Sequence record: OP617745.1
Reading direction: 5' to 3' (one strand)
DNA length: 64,000 nucleotides
In this document: in pieces, positions 34,779 through 45,201 of the stretch
How the letters are laid out: the number at the start of each line of letters is the position of its first letter
How positions within the stretch are numbered: the stretch's first letter is position 1
The notes under the pieces: generated by a model
What the model was told of the DNA's origin: nothing
Seen by the model: only the letters and a program-made list of their open reading frames with translations
The model's database searches: none
Program-made: the position numbers and the translations under genes

Positions 34779-35207
34779 ATGAAAACATTAGAAGAATTAA
34801 TTAGAATAAGTAAAAATATAATTTATATTAACAATATATTCAGTACTGGAAAAGGTCATCTTATTGTTGATGATGTTAGATACTTTTATTCCAACTCTAC
34901 TCATCCATGGTACAGTTCATTTTATGTTCGTGATTTTGAACCCGAGTGGGATTGTATTTCTTATTCGAGGGGTTTAAGTACAGTCACAACTATTTCTTCT
35001 ATGAAGGAACATACTCACACACTCGATTGTTCAGAATTTGATTTAAGTGAAGAGATGCTTTTTCAGTACAGTACAATGTATTCCAGTACCGAACTGGAAG
35101 CTATATTCGTTAAAGTGTACCTGGATAAATTCACTGATATAGATGAATTTTGTATAAATCTCTCACAATACCCTTCGTATTGCGAAAAACTTGGATTAAT
35201 ACCATGA
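34779..35207 (+). CDS. hypothetical protein, FQxS-motif family
   Basis: SEEMLFQYSTM. Confidence 0.8.
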   Translation: MKTLEELIRISKNIIYINNIFSTGKGHLIVDDVRYFYSNSTHPWYSSFYVRDFEPEWDCISYSRGLSTVTTISSMKEHTHTLDCSEFDLSEEMLFQYSTMYSSTELEAIFVKVYLDKFTDIDEFCINLSQYPSYCEKLGLIP

Positions 35208-35620
35208 GTTACAGGAGTTCATTATTTTTTGCACAAAAGGTATACTGTACCGTTCAGTGCTTTTATAATTCCGAATTTGATAATACCGTACTGAAAAAGA
35301 CAGGAAATGACAGTATATTTGAGTACTACGATTATCAGAATTTATTTTTTGATTACCCAGTCTTCAATACTACACAGATGGATTGTCATATTTCTCTGGA
35401 TTTTTCTTTTATGACATTCAATTCCTATAGTACAGGTTACATGTCACTTGATTCTGTTGTTAGATTAAATTCTAGTAAGATAGTACCAATTCATAGTAGT
35501 GAGGATTATGATTTCTTTAGTAATTATTATACTGAAAATGAATTGTTTGTTTGTACTGTATTTTCGTACCTAATTCTTAACAAATGTAAACCATTCTATC
35601 TGGATTTGCGTATAATTTAA
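35204..35620 (+). CDS. hypothetical protein, degenerate FQxS family
   Basis: C-terminal FSYL..KC.PFY.DLRII shared with 35691. Confidence 0.75.
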   Translation: MSYRSSLFFAQKVYCTVQCFYNSEFDNTVLKKTGNDSIFEYYDYQNLFFDYPVFNTTQMDCHISLDFSFMTFNSYSTGYMSLDSVVRLNSSKIVPIHSSEDYDFFSNYYTENELFVCTVFSYLILNKCKPFYLDLRII

Positions 35621-35690
35621 AGATAAGGATTTTAATATCATGTTAGGAATTTTCCCACTACAATTACAATGAAATATGGAATAAAGTATA

Positions 35691-36086
35691 ATGAAAAATA
35701 AAGAGTCCCTTTTTCTTGCTAAAAAGATATACAACACAGCACAACTTTTTTATAATTCAAGTTTCAACTGTACTGGATTTAAGAGAAGTTTTGTGGGGCT
35801 GGATTATGAATACAAATTTTCTAATTTAATTGTTTTCAGTACTGAAAATACTTACGGCTCTTTCTTTTCTTTTCAAAAAAATATTATACTTTTTGATAAT
35901 GAATTTACTGGTATAATTGAATGTGAATACAAAGATGGAACACGTAATTATCTTTCTGAAACATTGTCTTTACGTCAACAGTACCAGACTGCATATACAA
36001 AGGATAATATGTCAGTACTGACAATTTTTTCGTACTTAGTACAGATGAAGTGTCAACCATTCTATATGGATTTACGTATAATTTAG
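35691..36086 (+). CDS. hypothetical protein, degenerate FQxS family
   Basis: C-terminus shared with 35204. Confidence 0.75.
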   Translation: MKNKESLFLAKKIYNTAQLFYNSSFNCTGFKRSFVGLDYEYKFSNLIVFSTENTYGSFFSFQKNIILFDNEFTGIIECEYKDGTRNYLSETLSLRQQYQTAYTKDNMSVLTIFSYLVQMKCQPFYMDLRII

Positions 36087-36394
36087 GAGATATTCTTTTG
36101 CTAAAAATTCATTGTCATAACGGTCTTCTGTTTTGCAGTACTACAATACATAACGGAAGGTTGATTTACAACAAAAAAGACGATTCCTTTTTTTGTATCC
36201 ATAAGAATTCTGAAAAACCACACAAAATTATTGATTATTCTGCATTACAAGAGGATGAGCTTTTCCAGATGCATTTAGTATATGATAAAGTACTGAATTT
36301 GGATTTTCACACTTTAGTATATATTCAGAACAAAATGCGAGAATTATCAAAAATTTATACTGCTGATTTTAAGATTATAACACCTGAAATATAA
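36050..36394 (+). CDS. hypothetical protein, FQxS-motif family
   Basis: QEDELFQMHLV; start uncertain. Confidence 0.7.
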   Translation: MSTILYGFTYNLGDILLLKIHCHNGLLFCSTTIHNGRLIYNKKDDSFFCIHKNSEKPHKIIDYSALQEDELFQMHLVYDKVLNLDFHTLVYIQNKMRELSKIYTADFKIITPEI

Positions 36395-36395
36395 G

Positions 36396-36728
36396 ATGAA
36401 TAAAAATATTAGAACCAATCGTAATATGTGGTGCACTGTATATAAACTGATTTATTCTACTTTTACCCTTATACGATTAGTTAACAAAAATAATATAAAA
36501 ATTGATGTTTATTTCCATAACAACGGTAATAAAGAGTATTACTTAACAGAGGGTAACATATATGAAATTAATGATTTATCCTCTTTGAGTACTGAAGAAT
36601 ATTTTCAATTACTTACTGTATGGGACTATAAAACTGATATTGATTTTGTTATTTCTGCACATAAACGCATAGAGGAACTTAAAAAGGATGAGTTTTTCAA
36701 TCGTGTCGATACAGTGATTGAATATTAA
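36396..36728 (+). CDS. hypothetical protein, FQxS-motif family
   Basis: STEEYFQLLTV. Confidence 0.75.
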   Translation: MNKNIRTNRNMWCTVYKLIYSTFTLIRLVNKNNIKIDVYFHNNGNKEYYLTEGNIYEINDLSSLSTEEYFQLLTVWDYKTDIDFVISAHKRIEELKKDEFFNRVDTVIEY

Positions 36729-36894
36729 AAGAGTGTACTAAAAAATGATTTATGATGAAAATGTTAAGTATATAACACAATTCATAGTACTATCATACAC
36801 CAGATATGGCAGTTCTGGTTCCAGGTATATTGATAGTATACTTAAACAACATATTGAGTTTAATGTTATCGATAACAAGAAAGGTTAATTAGAA

Positions 36895-37359
36895 ATGGTT
36901 TTTGATACAAGAGAAGGTGCACTCTTTTATGCAAATCAAATATGTAATTTAGTTTTGTATTACAAAAGTAATGAAAATTTATTAGATGAATATAAATGTT
37001 TGTATTCTAAAGTCGATGATGTATTAAGAATTTCTTTAGAAATAGAACATAAAAACCCATTCCCTGAATCAATTATTGATTTTCAAGAAAAATATATTAA
37101 TTATATTCCAGGTAAAGAATGTGAATTAATTCTTTCCGATGTATTTGGTCATAGTAACAAAATCGATCCCAGTGTTCTAAATGAAGAATTGAATACCAGT
37201 ACAGAAGAAGGTTATTTCCAGAAGAGTACTATATACAATTCTGATGAATTGTTCTGTATTATTCTTTTTGAAAATATAGTGCGTAAAATTCCATTTCAAT
37301 TCTATATTGATTTAGAAATAATTAATGACATAATAAAAGAGAAAAATTGTGCGATATAA
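36895..37359 (+). CDS. hypothetical protein, FQxS-motif family
   Basis: TEEGYFQKSTI. Confidence 0.8.
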   Translation: MVFDTREGALFYANQICNLVLYYKSNENLLDEYKCLYSKVDDVLRISLEIEHKNPFPESIIDFQEKYINYIPGKECELILSDVFGHSNKIDPSVLNEELNTSTEEGYFQKSTIYNSDELFCIILFENIVRKIPFQFYIDLEIINDIIKEKNCAI

Positions 37360-37684
37360 AATATATAAAACCAACCACCTGGTTGTAGCTGAGTACCTTT
37401 GTGATAATATGTTAGATATGTTCGAAAATGAACATGATTTTGTTTTAAATTTAAGTACTAAAAAATTTAAGTTGAACTATTATGGTTCATATGCATTATC
37501 TGAACAATATTCAGTTGATTTAAATGATTGTACACAGATGCAGGATGATGAATTGTTTCAGTACTCTTTGGTTTTTGATTTTAATTTATTAAGTTTAAAG
37601 AATATTGTATTACTTCAGAAAGAAATGCTTGCAGTACAAGATGATGCAGATGGTAACATAGAAATTAATTTTCTTGACTTTTGA
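37349..37684 (+). CDS. hypothetical protein, FQxS-motif family
   Basis: QDDELFQYSLV. Confidence 0.8.
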   Translation: MRYKIYKTNHLVVAEYLCDNMLDMFENEHDFVLNLSTKKFKLNYYGSYALSEQYSVDLNDCTQMQDDELFQYSLVFDFNLLSLKNIVLLQKEMLAVQDDADGNIEINFLDF

Positions 37685-37744
37685 ATGTATACGTGATAAT
37701 ATATGTTGTATGGGTGATACAAAACCATAAAAGGGGAATATATA

Positions 37745-38119
37745 ATGCAGACAAATCAAGAAATACAAATAAAATTAAAAATTAATAATTATTTTAATAA
37801 AGTTGTTAGTGCTTCGTACAATGAAGAAGTTTTGTACGAAATAAATTATTCCATGAATTATTCATCCTTTTCATTTCGTGAGTATAATGGTATAACTTTA
37901 ATTAGATCTTATGTAATTCCAGTGATTGATTATACTGAAATGCAAGATGATGAATTGTTTCAGTACTCTTTAATATACGATCTGGAACATGTTATCCCCT
38001 TTGACTCTATGGTTGAATTACAGGGTATTATGAAATCATGTACACAATTAGACCAATTGCAGGGTGGTATTGAATACACATTTAGTACAATGAATAAGAA
38101 GAATTATTATGTACAATGA
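37745..38119 (+). CDS. hypothetical protein, FQxS-motif family
   Basis: QDDELFQYSLI. Confidence 0.8.
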   Translation: MQTNQEIQIKLKINNYFNKVVSASYNEEVLYEINYSMNYSSFSFREYNGITLIRSYVIPVIDYTEMQDDELFQYSLIYDLEHVIPFDSMVELQGIMKSCTQLDQLQGGIEYTFSTMNKKNYYVQ

Positions 38120-38348
38120 ATGTATTAAATCTCACATAGAAAAAATAACTCTAATGTCTCCTGAGTATTTTACTTTACGAAATGCAAAAATTTATCGTAA
38201 AATACAAAAAGATGTTGTGAATTATTATCTTTCATTGTACTGCAATGGAACCAAATCGAATTATATGATAATAGATATAAGGTCGATAATTGATGGTACA
38301 TTTAGTATTCAGTATAGGGTGTACCAAAGGAGTTACAATCATGACTAG
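38109..38348 (+). CDS. hypothetical protein
   Basis: ORF track. Confidence 0.65.
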   Translation: MYNECIKSHIEKITLMSPEYFTLRNAKIYRKIQKDVVNYYLSLYCNGTKSNYMIIDIRSIIDGTFSIQYRVYQRSYNHD

Positions 38349-38622
38349 AGATGAATATTTTGTATTGCAATGCATCAATTCATTTTACTACGATATTACG
38401 ATTAATTACAAATACAGGGAAGTATTATTCGAGTATATTTGTGAAGCACAGGAGTACTACAGCAAAAAAATAAAAGGTACACCATGCACAATAAAAAACA
38501 TAAATGAAGATGCTATACTGGAGAATATACACTGTATTGGATTTAAACATATATTATTCACTGTATATATGTTTAATCTAAAGAATTCGACAATAACAAG
38601 ATATGAGAATATTGAATTTTGA
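38341..38622 (+). CDS. small protein, FNxKY family
   Basis: MTRDEY...QEYYSKK. Confidence 0.75.
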   Translation: MTRDEYFVLQCINSFYYDITINYKYREVLFEYICEAQEYYSKKIKGTPCTIKNINEDAILENIHCIGFKHILFTVYMFNLKNSTITRYENIEF

Positions 38623-38840
38623 AAACAACAAAAAATATATCAAAGCAACAAAGTACTGATCTCATGTTTAAAGCTTATTTACAAGTGGAATTGGAAAGTA
38701 GTACTTCTCCAGAGTGGTCGAGTTATCGTTTATCTGAATTGTTCATGTTGTATCATTTGGGTACTACGAGTCAGAATGAAATGTCGGAGTTCTACATTTA
38801 TGCACTTATTCATAAAATGAATTATACCACAGGTAAGTAA
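38619..38840 (+). CDS. small protein, LGTNxQ family
   Basis: LYHLGTTSQNEM. Confidence 0.75.
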   Translation: MKTTKNISKQQSTDLMFKAYLQVELESSTSPEWSSYRLSELFMLYHLGTTSQNEMSEFYIYALIHKMNYTTGK

Positions 38841-39044
38841 ATGAAAACATTAACAATTCCTAAGTGGTCTAAATTATATGATTATTATCATGAAAAATAC
38901 AAAACCAATTGCAAATCCAGTAAAGACTTGATAAGATGTATTGAAGTGACATTGATTGCTTCACTTGGTACAGATAAACAAACATATTGTGTAGAGCAAT
39001 ATGTTGCAATTCTAATTGATTACACAAAGGAGTTTCAACATTAG
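38841..39044 (+). CDS. small protein, LGTNxQ family
   Basis: IASLGTDKQTYC. Confidence 0.75.
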   Translation: MKTLTIPKWSKLYDYYHEKYKTNCKSSKDLIRCIEVTLIASLGTDKQTYCVEQYVAILIDYTKEFQH

Positions 39045-39474
39045 TACAAATTTATCAAGTGCAGAATTAGATTTTTTGGTACGTAAATGTGATCCTTATG
39101 TACAAAAATTACTAAAGAAATGTAAAACATATTCATACACAAATATTAAATTACAGTTCGAATTTACTACAATAAAAATTTATTCCTCTGTGTTAATTGA
39201 TTCTGATATTATACCAAAAAGAAGTTCATGTGAAATTCCTTTGGAAATCTTTTATAAGAAACATTATAAATTATTAAAAAAGTTGAATTATATTCAGTAC
39301 TACAGTAATGCACATTTATATACTGAATTGCAATGTATGTATAATCAGTTCCTTGAAAGCATGGGGGTATCTATTGGCGATTTTGATGGATATACTTTAA
39401 GTACTGAGCAGATTAATTTATACAAATTTGTTTGCAATTTTAATTGTTCATTTTTAAGGAATGATTTGATATGA
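39016..39474 (+). CDS. hypothetical protein
   Basis: ORF track. Confidence 0.65.
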   Translation: MITQRSFNISTNLSSAELDFLVRKCDPYVQKLLKKCKTYSYTNIKLQFEFTTIKIYSSVLIDSDIIPKRSSCEIPLEIFYKKHYKLLKKLNYIQYYSNAHLYTELQCMYNQFLESMGVSIGDFDGYTLSTEQINLYKFVCNFNCSFLRNDLI

Positions 39475-39806
39475 AAAACGATTTACGTGATTTATTGAGT
39501 ACTCAACTGCTTCTTAGACAAATATCCACAGAAGAAAAAGATTTTATCAGGAAAGAATTACTAAACCAATTATTTGATGGTGCTATTAAAAATTTTGCAA
39601 ATGATTTTACTGTAATCCATAAAGATAAAACCGTATCAATTAAAATTTTGGCATGTAATACAAATACAAACACATTTGAGTACATAAAATCCGATTTTGT
39701 CATAAATGAATTCAGTTGTTCTTTATTCAATTCTACATGTTTTGTTGATAGCATGGACGGTTATAAAATAACACGAGTACACTGTAGATTAATAGTGGGT
39801 GAGTAA
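39471..39806 (+). CDS. hypothetical protein
   Basis: ORF track. Confidence 0.7.
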   Translation: MKNDLRDLLSTQLLLRQISTEEKDFIRKELLNQLFDGAIKNFANDFTVIHKDKTVSIKILACNTNTNTFEYIKSDFVINEFSCSLFNSTCFVDSMDGYKITRVHCRLIVGE

Positions 39807-40078
39807 TGCAAAAATATGAATTTGACTCAGTACATATCATCATAAGTACTTTGTGGGATATGGATCCTTCTTATACAACAGTGTATTATAAAATATTCTC
39901 TTCAATACAAGATGATTTTAATAAAAAATACGCACAAAAAGAAGTACTTATAGAATCGAATAATAAAGTAATAAAAGAAAAAATATCGTACTACATTATT
40001 TCCTTTGGTGTATTAAAATTTATTTGTACCAATACATTTAGTAGACAATACTTCAGTGACAGGTGTCAATTATTATGA
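39806..40078 (+). CDS. small protein, FNxKY family
   Basis: IQDDFNKKY. Confidence 0.8.
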   Translation: MQKYEFDSVHIIISTLWDMDPSYTTVYYKIFSSIQDDFNKKYAQKEVLIESNNKVIKEKISYYIISFGVLKFICTNTFSRQYFSDRCQLL

Positions 40079-40374
40079 CTAAAGAAGAATATATGAAAGT
40101 TTTGTACATTAAAGAAATTTTTGTCCAAATGGTATTGGGTACTGATTATTTGTACAAAAATGCATTCATTAACATTCTTGAAGTACTACAAGATGATTTT
40201 GATTCAAAGTATAATGGAATGAAAATAAATTACAAAACATATAATCAGGATTATATTAAAATTATCAAAAAATATACAATTAATTTAAGTTCTGTAAATT
40301 TTGAAACTGCACTTGGAATGAGGTTTAAACATTTTGATTATTATTTGATTCCCATTGGATTTAAAGATGAATAA
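40075..40374 (+). CDS. small protein, FNxKY family
   Basis: MTKEEY...LQDDFDSKY. Confidence 0.8.
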   Translation: MTKEEYMKVLYIKEIFVQMVLGTDYLYKNAFINILEVLQDDFDSKYNGMKINYKTYNQDYIKIIKKYTINLSSVNFETALGMRFKHFDYYLIPIGFKDE

Positions 40375-40672
40375 ATTCGAATACCAATCAATACAATTAA
40401 TTAAAGAGTATTCAAATTCTTTAAATAGTTCTTTAATTTTTAAAAATAATAATTATTTTTCTAAAATTTGTGATATAATTAATAATTATTTTAAATGTAT
40501 ATCTAAAGAATTTTCTCTAAAATATAAGAATAAAAACATAAAAACTGATGCAGATGTTTTTGTAATAGTGGGTTTCATTATACAACAAGATTTATGTGTT
40601 GTAAAATCGCTGGCGAATAGTACTAATTATTTCTTTAATTGTAAATCCCTTATAGAAGGCGAACTTTTGTGA
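40367..40672 (+). CDS. small protein, FNxKY family
   Basis: ISKEFSLKY. Confidence 0.75.
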   Translation: MNKFEYQSIQLIKEYSNSLNSSLIFKNNNYFSKICDIINNYFKCISKEFSLKYKNKNIKTDADVFVIVGFIIQQDLCVVKSLANSTNYFFNCKSLIEGELL

Positions 40673-41028
40673 ATAAACCAAACATTTATCTGGAATTTAA
40701 TAACAACATAAAGCAAGTTAATATGTTGAGATCAATTTTAAGAGATTGTTATATAGAAGCATATTACTACAAGAACTGGAATACTAAAATATATTCTAAT
40801 ACATTATATTACTCATTCAATGAATATTTAGATTACATTTCCGAAGAATTCAATGAAAAATATAATTCAATTGTACTTACCTATAATTCAAAAGAACATG
40901 TACTGAATAATATAGAAATGAGTTTGAAATATATAGAAATGAGTTTGAAATTTATCTCATTACATATGTCCAGTTCTGAATTAGCAACAACAATTATTAT
41001 TCATCCTTCATATCTGGATAAAATATAA
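40669..41028 (+). CDS. small protein, FNxKY family
   Basis: ISEEFNEKY. Confidence 0.75.
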   Translation: MNKPNIYLEFNNNIKQVNMLRSILRDCYIEAYYYKNWNTKIYSNTLYYSFNEYLDYISEEFNEKYNSIVLTYNSKEHVLNNIEMSLKYIEMSLKFISLHMSSSELATTIIIHPSYLDKI

Positions 41029-41237
41029 TGAATGATTTAGATTCCTTGTTGTGGTATACTTTATCTATTCTTTCATTTGAACGTGATAAACACAAAGTAC
41101 AAGCTTCTAAAAATCCAGACATGTTGCAGAAAAAGAAAGAATACGCATTAGTGTATTCTTTGGAAAAATCATTTATTTCTATGCATCTTGAATACAGAGA
41201 ATACAGAACATCAAATGGTATTAAAAATGAAATATAA
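41028..41237 (+). CDS. hypothetical protein
   Basis: ORF track. Confidence 0.6.
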   Translation: MNDLDSLLWYTLSILSFERDKHKVQASKNPDMLQKKKEYALVYSLEKSFISMHLEYREYRTSNGIKNEI

Positions 41238-41562
41238 ATCCATGGTACACAAAAGATTCAAGTCAATATATTATACGGAAATTTATGTTCATAAAAAAGT
41301 AAAGGGTATTGATTTTTATGTTGATAAAGTATATCTGGATTATGATGCAGATACTAATACATTCAATTGTACAGATCTATTCGATTCAATACCAGTACCT
41401 AACTTGGCTGAATTAAGTGAAGAAGAAGAATTTCAGTACTCATTAGTATATGAAGATATATGGGGATTTAAATGGGATTATTATCGAATGGTGTCTTATC
41501 AAAAAGCACTAATATCCTCTATAAAAAAACAAAATTACTTATTAATTAACCTGGAATATTAA
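41227..41562 (+). CDS. hypothetical protein, FQxS-motif family
   Basis: SEEEEFQYSLV. Confidence 0.8.
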   Translation: MKYKSMVHKRFKSIYYTEIYVHKKVKGIDFYVDKVYLDYDADTNTFNCTDLFDSIPVPNLAELSEEEEFQYSLVYEDIWGFKWDYYRMVSYQKALISSIKKQNYLLINLEY

Positions 41563-41563
41563 T

Positions 41564-42097
41564 ATGCAAAACAAGTACAACTATAATGACCCAGAATTTG
41601 CTACACTCGCATATGATATAGCAAAAATGGTAAAAGACTTAAAGGAATGTGCTATTGGTACTAAGGATATCAGTACTGTAATGAATACCGATGTGAATTT
41701 TAAGAAAGAATTACAGGTAACTGATTCGACAAACCCTTTGGCTGCATTCAAGAATTGTGTGGTAAATTTCTATGGTGTAGTACAATGTAACATCGGATAT
41801 AAATCCCACGAATGTAATATAGTAACTTTTGATGCATATGGAAATCTCCATGAAATTGATATTTGTAAGGGTCAAAAATTAATCATTAAATTTATGGATA
41901 GATATCAATGTAGCATATCATATCATTTCGAATTACCAAAAATTGATGGTGCATTCATTGATAATTATGATGCTTATATTTTTCAGTTAAGCACTACAAA
42001 TGAATATTACAGTATCATTGATTTTGTACTTAGAATGAAAATGAAATTCCAGAGTAATTTGTACTTAAAAGGAAGTATCCTTGATCTGGTGTTATAA
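41564..42097 (+). CDS. hypothetical protein, FQxS-motif family
   Basis: DAYIFQLSTT. Confidence 0.8.
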   Translation: MQNKYNYNDPEFATLAYDIAKMVKDLKECAIGTKDISTVMNTDVNFKKELQVTDSTNPLAAFKNCVVNFYGVVQCNIGYKSHECNIVTFDAYGNLHEIDICKGQKLIIKFMDRYQCSISYHFELPKIDGAFIDNYDAYIFQLSTTNEYYSIIDFVLRMKMKFQSNLYLKGSILDLVL

Positions 42098-42102
42098 AAT
42101 AT

Positions 42103-42282
42103 ATGAAAATTTTAACAAAAGAAGAAGTACAAAAACGATTAATTGTACAACAAGATTATACAACAATGCATAGATTTCTTGAGCTTCGTTTATTGAATTT
42201 TATTGGTACTAATTACCAGAAGAGTTGTGTAAATTTTTATATCAAAATGCTTCGATCTGAAATTAAACTAAAATTAAAATGA
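42103..42282 (+). CDS. small protein, LGTNxQ family (59 aa)
   Basis: Manual ORF MKILTKEE...LNFIGTNYQKS. Confidence 0.7.
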   Translation: MKILTKEEVQKRLIVQQDYTTMHRFLELRLLNFIGTNYQKSCVNFYIKMLRSEIKLKLK

Positions 42283-42464
42283 AACACATTAATAGTATTC
42301 AGTACCTTAAATTGTACAAAAAAGCACTTGATAATTCCAGTACAATGTTGGAGTTTAATGAAAACTTTTTCATATACGTATTGGGTACTAATTATCAGGA
42401 AAGGGAAATGCATCTATATTTTACGGCTCTATGTTCTTCAGTAAAGAAAAAGAAGAAAAAATGA
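42279..42464 (+). CDS. small protein, LGTNxQ family
   Basis: IYVLGTNYQERE. Confidence 0.75.
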   Translation: MKHINSIQYLKLYKKALDNSSTMLEFNENFFIYVLGTNYQEREMHLYFTALCSSVKKKKKK

Positions 42465-42652
42465 AAATGTTAACTCCAACCGAATATGACGATATAATAA
42501 GTTTAGTATATGTTTCTTTACCACGAAAATGTAGTTCTATTAGAAAATTTGAATTGTATTTAAAAGCGGTTCTTGGCACCAATTACCAGTTACAAATTAC
42601 AAATATATACATTTCCAGACTTATTCTACATATGCAAGGAAAAATTATATAA
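42461..42652 (+). CDS. small protein, LGTNxQ family
   Basis: KAVLGTNYQLQI. Confidence 0.75.
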   Translation: MKMLTPTEYDDIISLVYVSLPRKCSSIRKFELYLKAVLGTNYQLQITNIYISRLILHMQGKII

Positions 42653-42756
42653 TTCATTTGAATCAAAACCCCCCTTAATTGGGGTTTTTGTAATTGACTT
42701 TCTATATAATTTAATGTACAATAACAATAAATGTTAATAGCAAGAGGTATTATGTT

Positions 42757-43080
42757 TTGAAAATCACACTAGGCGAAGATAAGTATATCAAATTTTTAAT
42801 CAATTTATATCAATCATTTAATTCAATGCCAGAAGATACTGAATATGATAGGAATATGAAATTGATTTCTATAATTATGTCAGATACCATATGTGAACCA
42901 CACATTGAGTATTTGAACAAAAAATACAAAAACAAAAGAGTAACAGACCGACTTAATCATCCATATTATATTAGATATTTTAAAAGTACCCCACTGGCCC
43001 TCTTTGCTTATACATTTACTGTTAATTTTCATATGTTCAGTTTTAAAGATTTATATTTAACCGAGGAGTATTTCGTGTGA
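42757..43080 (+). CDS. small protein, FNxKY family (EYLxxKY variant)
   Basis: HIEYLNKKY. Confidence 0.75.
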   Translation: MKITLGEDKYIKFLINLYQSFNSMPEDTEYDRNMKLISIIMSDTICEPHIEYLNKKYKNKRVTDRLNHPYYIRYFKSTPLALFAYTFTVNFHMFSFKDLYLTEEYFV

Positions 43081-43385
43081 GTACGTATGAACGAATAGAT
43101 AAAACAGTACTAAAAACTTTACAAATGATTTATCGATTGACTAATTCAAGACACAAATACACTGAAATATTCACTTATACATTTATTGAGTATCTTAATT
43201 CCAGATACGAATATTGCACTATAAATGATGATACATTCAGGGTGGTGGAATTTAAGATTGGGTTATTTGGTATTTTGTGTGTGATTAATTGTGAAAGAAC
43301 CTGTAGAAATGAATATATTTATACCCATGATTTAGGTGATGTAGATTTTGTTGTACAAAAAAACACCATAGAGATATCACAATGA
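43077..43385 (+). CDS. small protein, FNxKY family (EYLxxKY variant)
   Basis: FIEYLNSRY. Confidence 0.75.
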   Translation: MSTYERIDKTVLKTLQMIYRLTNSRHKYTEIFTYTFIEYLNSRYEYCTINDDTFRVVEFKIGLFGILCVINCERTCRNEYIYTHDLGDVDFVVQKNTIEISQ

Positions 43386-43699
43386 AACTATCAGAAGACA
43401 AATATTATAGTACTTTAGATTTAATTTCTGAATTATTTCATGATTATAAAATAAGAAAAACATATGCTTCTTATACATTGAGTAAATTGCTAGGTATTCA
43501 TTATGAAGAATATATTCAGTACTTATCTATAAAATATAAAAATGCATTATGTGATACTACTTCTCACGGAGAAGGTGTTATTATTGAATTTTCATATGAT
43601 AAATTTGGTATTTTAATTTATTGTACCAACAATTCATATGGTTTTTGTACAAGACTGGAGTTTGTGGAAATAATTACTGATGAAAAAACTGAAAAATAG
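43382..43699 (+). CDS. small protein, FNxKY family (EYLxxKY variant)
   Basis: YIQYLSIKY. Confidence 0.75.
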   Translation: MKLSEDKYYSTLDLISELFHDYKIRKTYASYTLSKLLGIHYEEYIQYLSIKYKNALCDTTSHGEGVIIEFSYDKFGILIYCTNNSYGFCTRLEFVEIITDEKTEK

Positions 43700-44006
43700 T
43701 ATAGTACACAAAACAATAAAAATGATTAATACTTCTATCATTTATACAGATTTTGTATATTGCTCACAAACATATAAAAATTTATTTGATTTACTAATGG
43801 AACCATATATTGAATATTTGAGAGAAAAATATATCAACAAACAAGGTTCAAGTGCGTATGGTGTTTCTGTGAATCATTTTATAAACATAGTTGAAATTAA
43901 TTCAGATCACGACTGGTTAGTTATTATTAAAGGACAATCCAGTACTTCATATTCACAAACTTATGTATATTTCTCAATTGATGATTTTATTATAAAAGAT
44001 GAATAA
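43680..44006 (+). CDS. small protein, FNxKY family (EYLxxKY variant)
   Basis: YIEYLREKY. Confidence 0.75.
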   Translation: MKKLKNSIVHKTIKMINTSIIYTDFVYCSQTYKNLFDLLMEPYIEYLREKYINKQGSSAYGVSVNHFINIVEINSDHDWLVIIKGQSSTSYSQTYVYFSIDDFIIKDE

Positions 44007-44295
44007 AGAAAAAACACAAAGAACGATAGATTACATAGAAGAATTACTTTTTGATGATTTGTATATGGGTAATATTATTCCACACAATGGTTCATTTTTA
44101 CATGATATAACATATGAAATATTAAAACCATTTATGGATTATCTTTATGTAAAATATACAGGAAAATTATGTTTAATTAATTCTCTTAATACCTGTTCTT
44201 ATATTACTTCAGTTGAAATAAGAGTTGTTGTTGGTATTGTATTCCTCACCAATTCAGAAAATAGTTACAAAATGAAGGATATAACAATAATATGA
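43999..44295 (+). CDS. small protein, FNxKY family (EYLxxKY variant)
   Basis: FMDYLYVKY. Confidence 0.75.
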   Translation: MNKEKTQRTIDYIEELLFDDLYMGNIIPHNGSFLHDITYEILKPFMDYLYVKYTGKLCLINSLNTCSYITSVEIRVVVGIVFLTNSENSYKMKDITII

Positions 44296-44501
44296 AAAAG
44301 ATATCAGATTTGGTATATTATGAAATTTTTTATAAGTACTTTGACCGATTTACTAATACTATTCTGGATAAACCGTACAGAAAATATGAAATTGAATTAT
44401 TGGCGTTTATTGGAACAGATCAACAACAACAATGCCAAGATGATTATATACTATCATTGATTCGATACATGAGATTTTACCAAAATGATGAAGAATATTA
44501 A
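44292..44501 (+). CDS. small protein, LGTNxQ family
   Basis: LAFIGTDQQQQC. Confidence 0.75.
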   Translation: MKKISDLVYYEIFYKYFDRFTNTILDKPYRKYEIELLAFIGTDQQQQCQDDYILSLIRYMRFYQNDEEY

Positions 44502-44679
44502 TATATTCGAAGCAGAAAAACTTCTAAACAAATATGAAAATGAATACAAATACAACCAATGTGATAAATTAAGAAAATCCGAAATTCATTTTTTTGCGTT
44601 ACTTGGTACTAATTTTCAGGATAACGTTTATCATTTTTATTTCGGTAATTTACTTAACAAAGCGAGAAATATAAATTAA
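44485..44679 (+). CDS. small protein, LGTNxQ family
   Basis: FALLGTNFQDNV. Confidence 0.75.
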   Translation: MMKNINIFEAEKLLNKYENEYKYNQCDKLRKSEIHFFALLGTNFQDNVYHFYFGNLLNKARNIN

Positions 44680-44680
44680 T

Positions 44681-44863
44681 ATGAAACAGATTACTTTAAT
44701 GGATTTATCTACCAGAAGAATAGTTGCAAGAAGATCAATGACCGAATATAATGAAATTAGATATCATGAATTAAATTTGTTTGCATCACTTGGTACTAAT
44801 TTTCAGGAAAATCACAATCAGATTTATATTACTGCTTTAAAAGATTCATTAAAGGTAAAATAA
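44681..44863 (+). CDS. small protein, LGTNxQ family
   Basis: FASLGTNFQENH. Confidence 0.75.
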   Translation: MKQITLMDLSTRRIVARRSMTEYNEIRYHELNLFASLGTNFQENHNQIYITALKDSLKVK

Positions 44864-44991
44864 AAATAATTTTTAATTTAAACTTGACATTTGTTAATTT
44901 TGTGATATAGTATTAAAATGAAATTCAAGTACTGGTTTTCGTACTGAAAAATATTTTGTGAAATTAAATCAATACATTGGGGATTAACAAA

Positions 44992-45201
44992 ATGAAATAC
45001 ACCGTTATTGGTATTTTGGGTTCAGATATTTGTAGTACTAACACCTCACTGGAAGCAGTACAAGTTGTATTGAAACAGATTCCTTTGAGTGAAAAAAATG
45101 CGAAAAAGTTTGAAAATCGATTACAAAATGCAAAAGAAGGCTCCACGATTTATATTGAATATGGTGGAGCTTCATGTGCTGTTAAAGTTCACAAGAATTA
45201 A
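44992..45201 (+). CDS. hypothetical protein
   Basis: SD GGGGA before ATG 44992. Confidence 0.7.
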   Translation: MKYTVIGILGSDICSTNTSLEAVQVVLKQIPLSEKNAKKFENRLQNAKEGSTIYIEYGGASCAVKVHKN

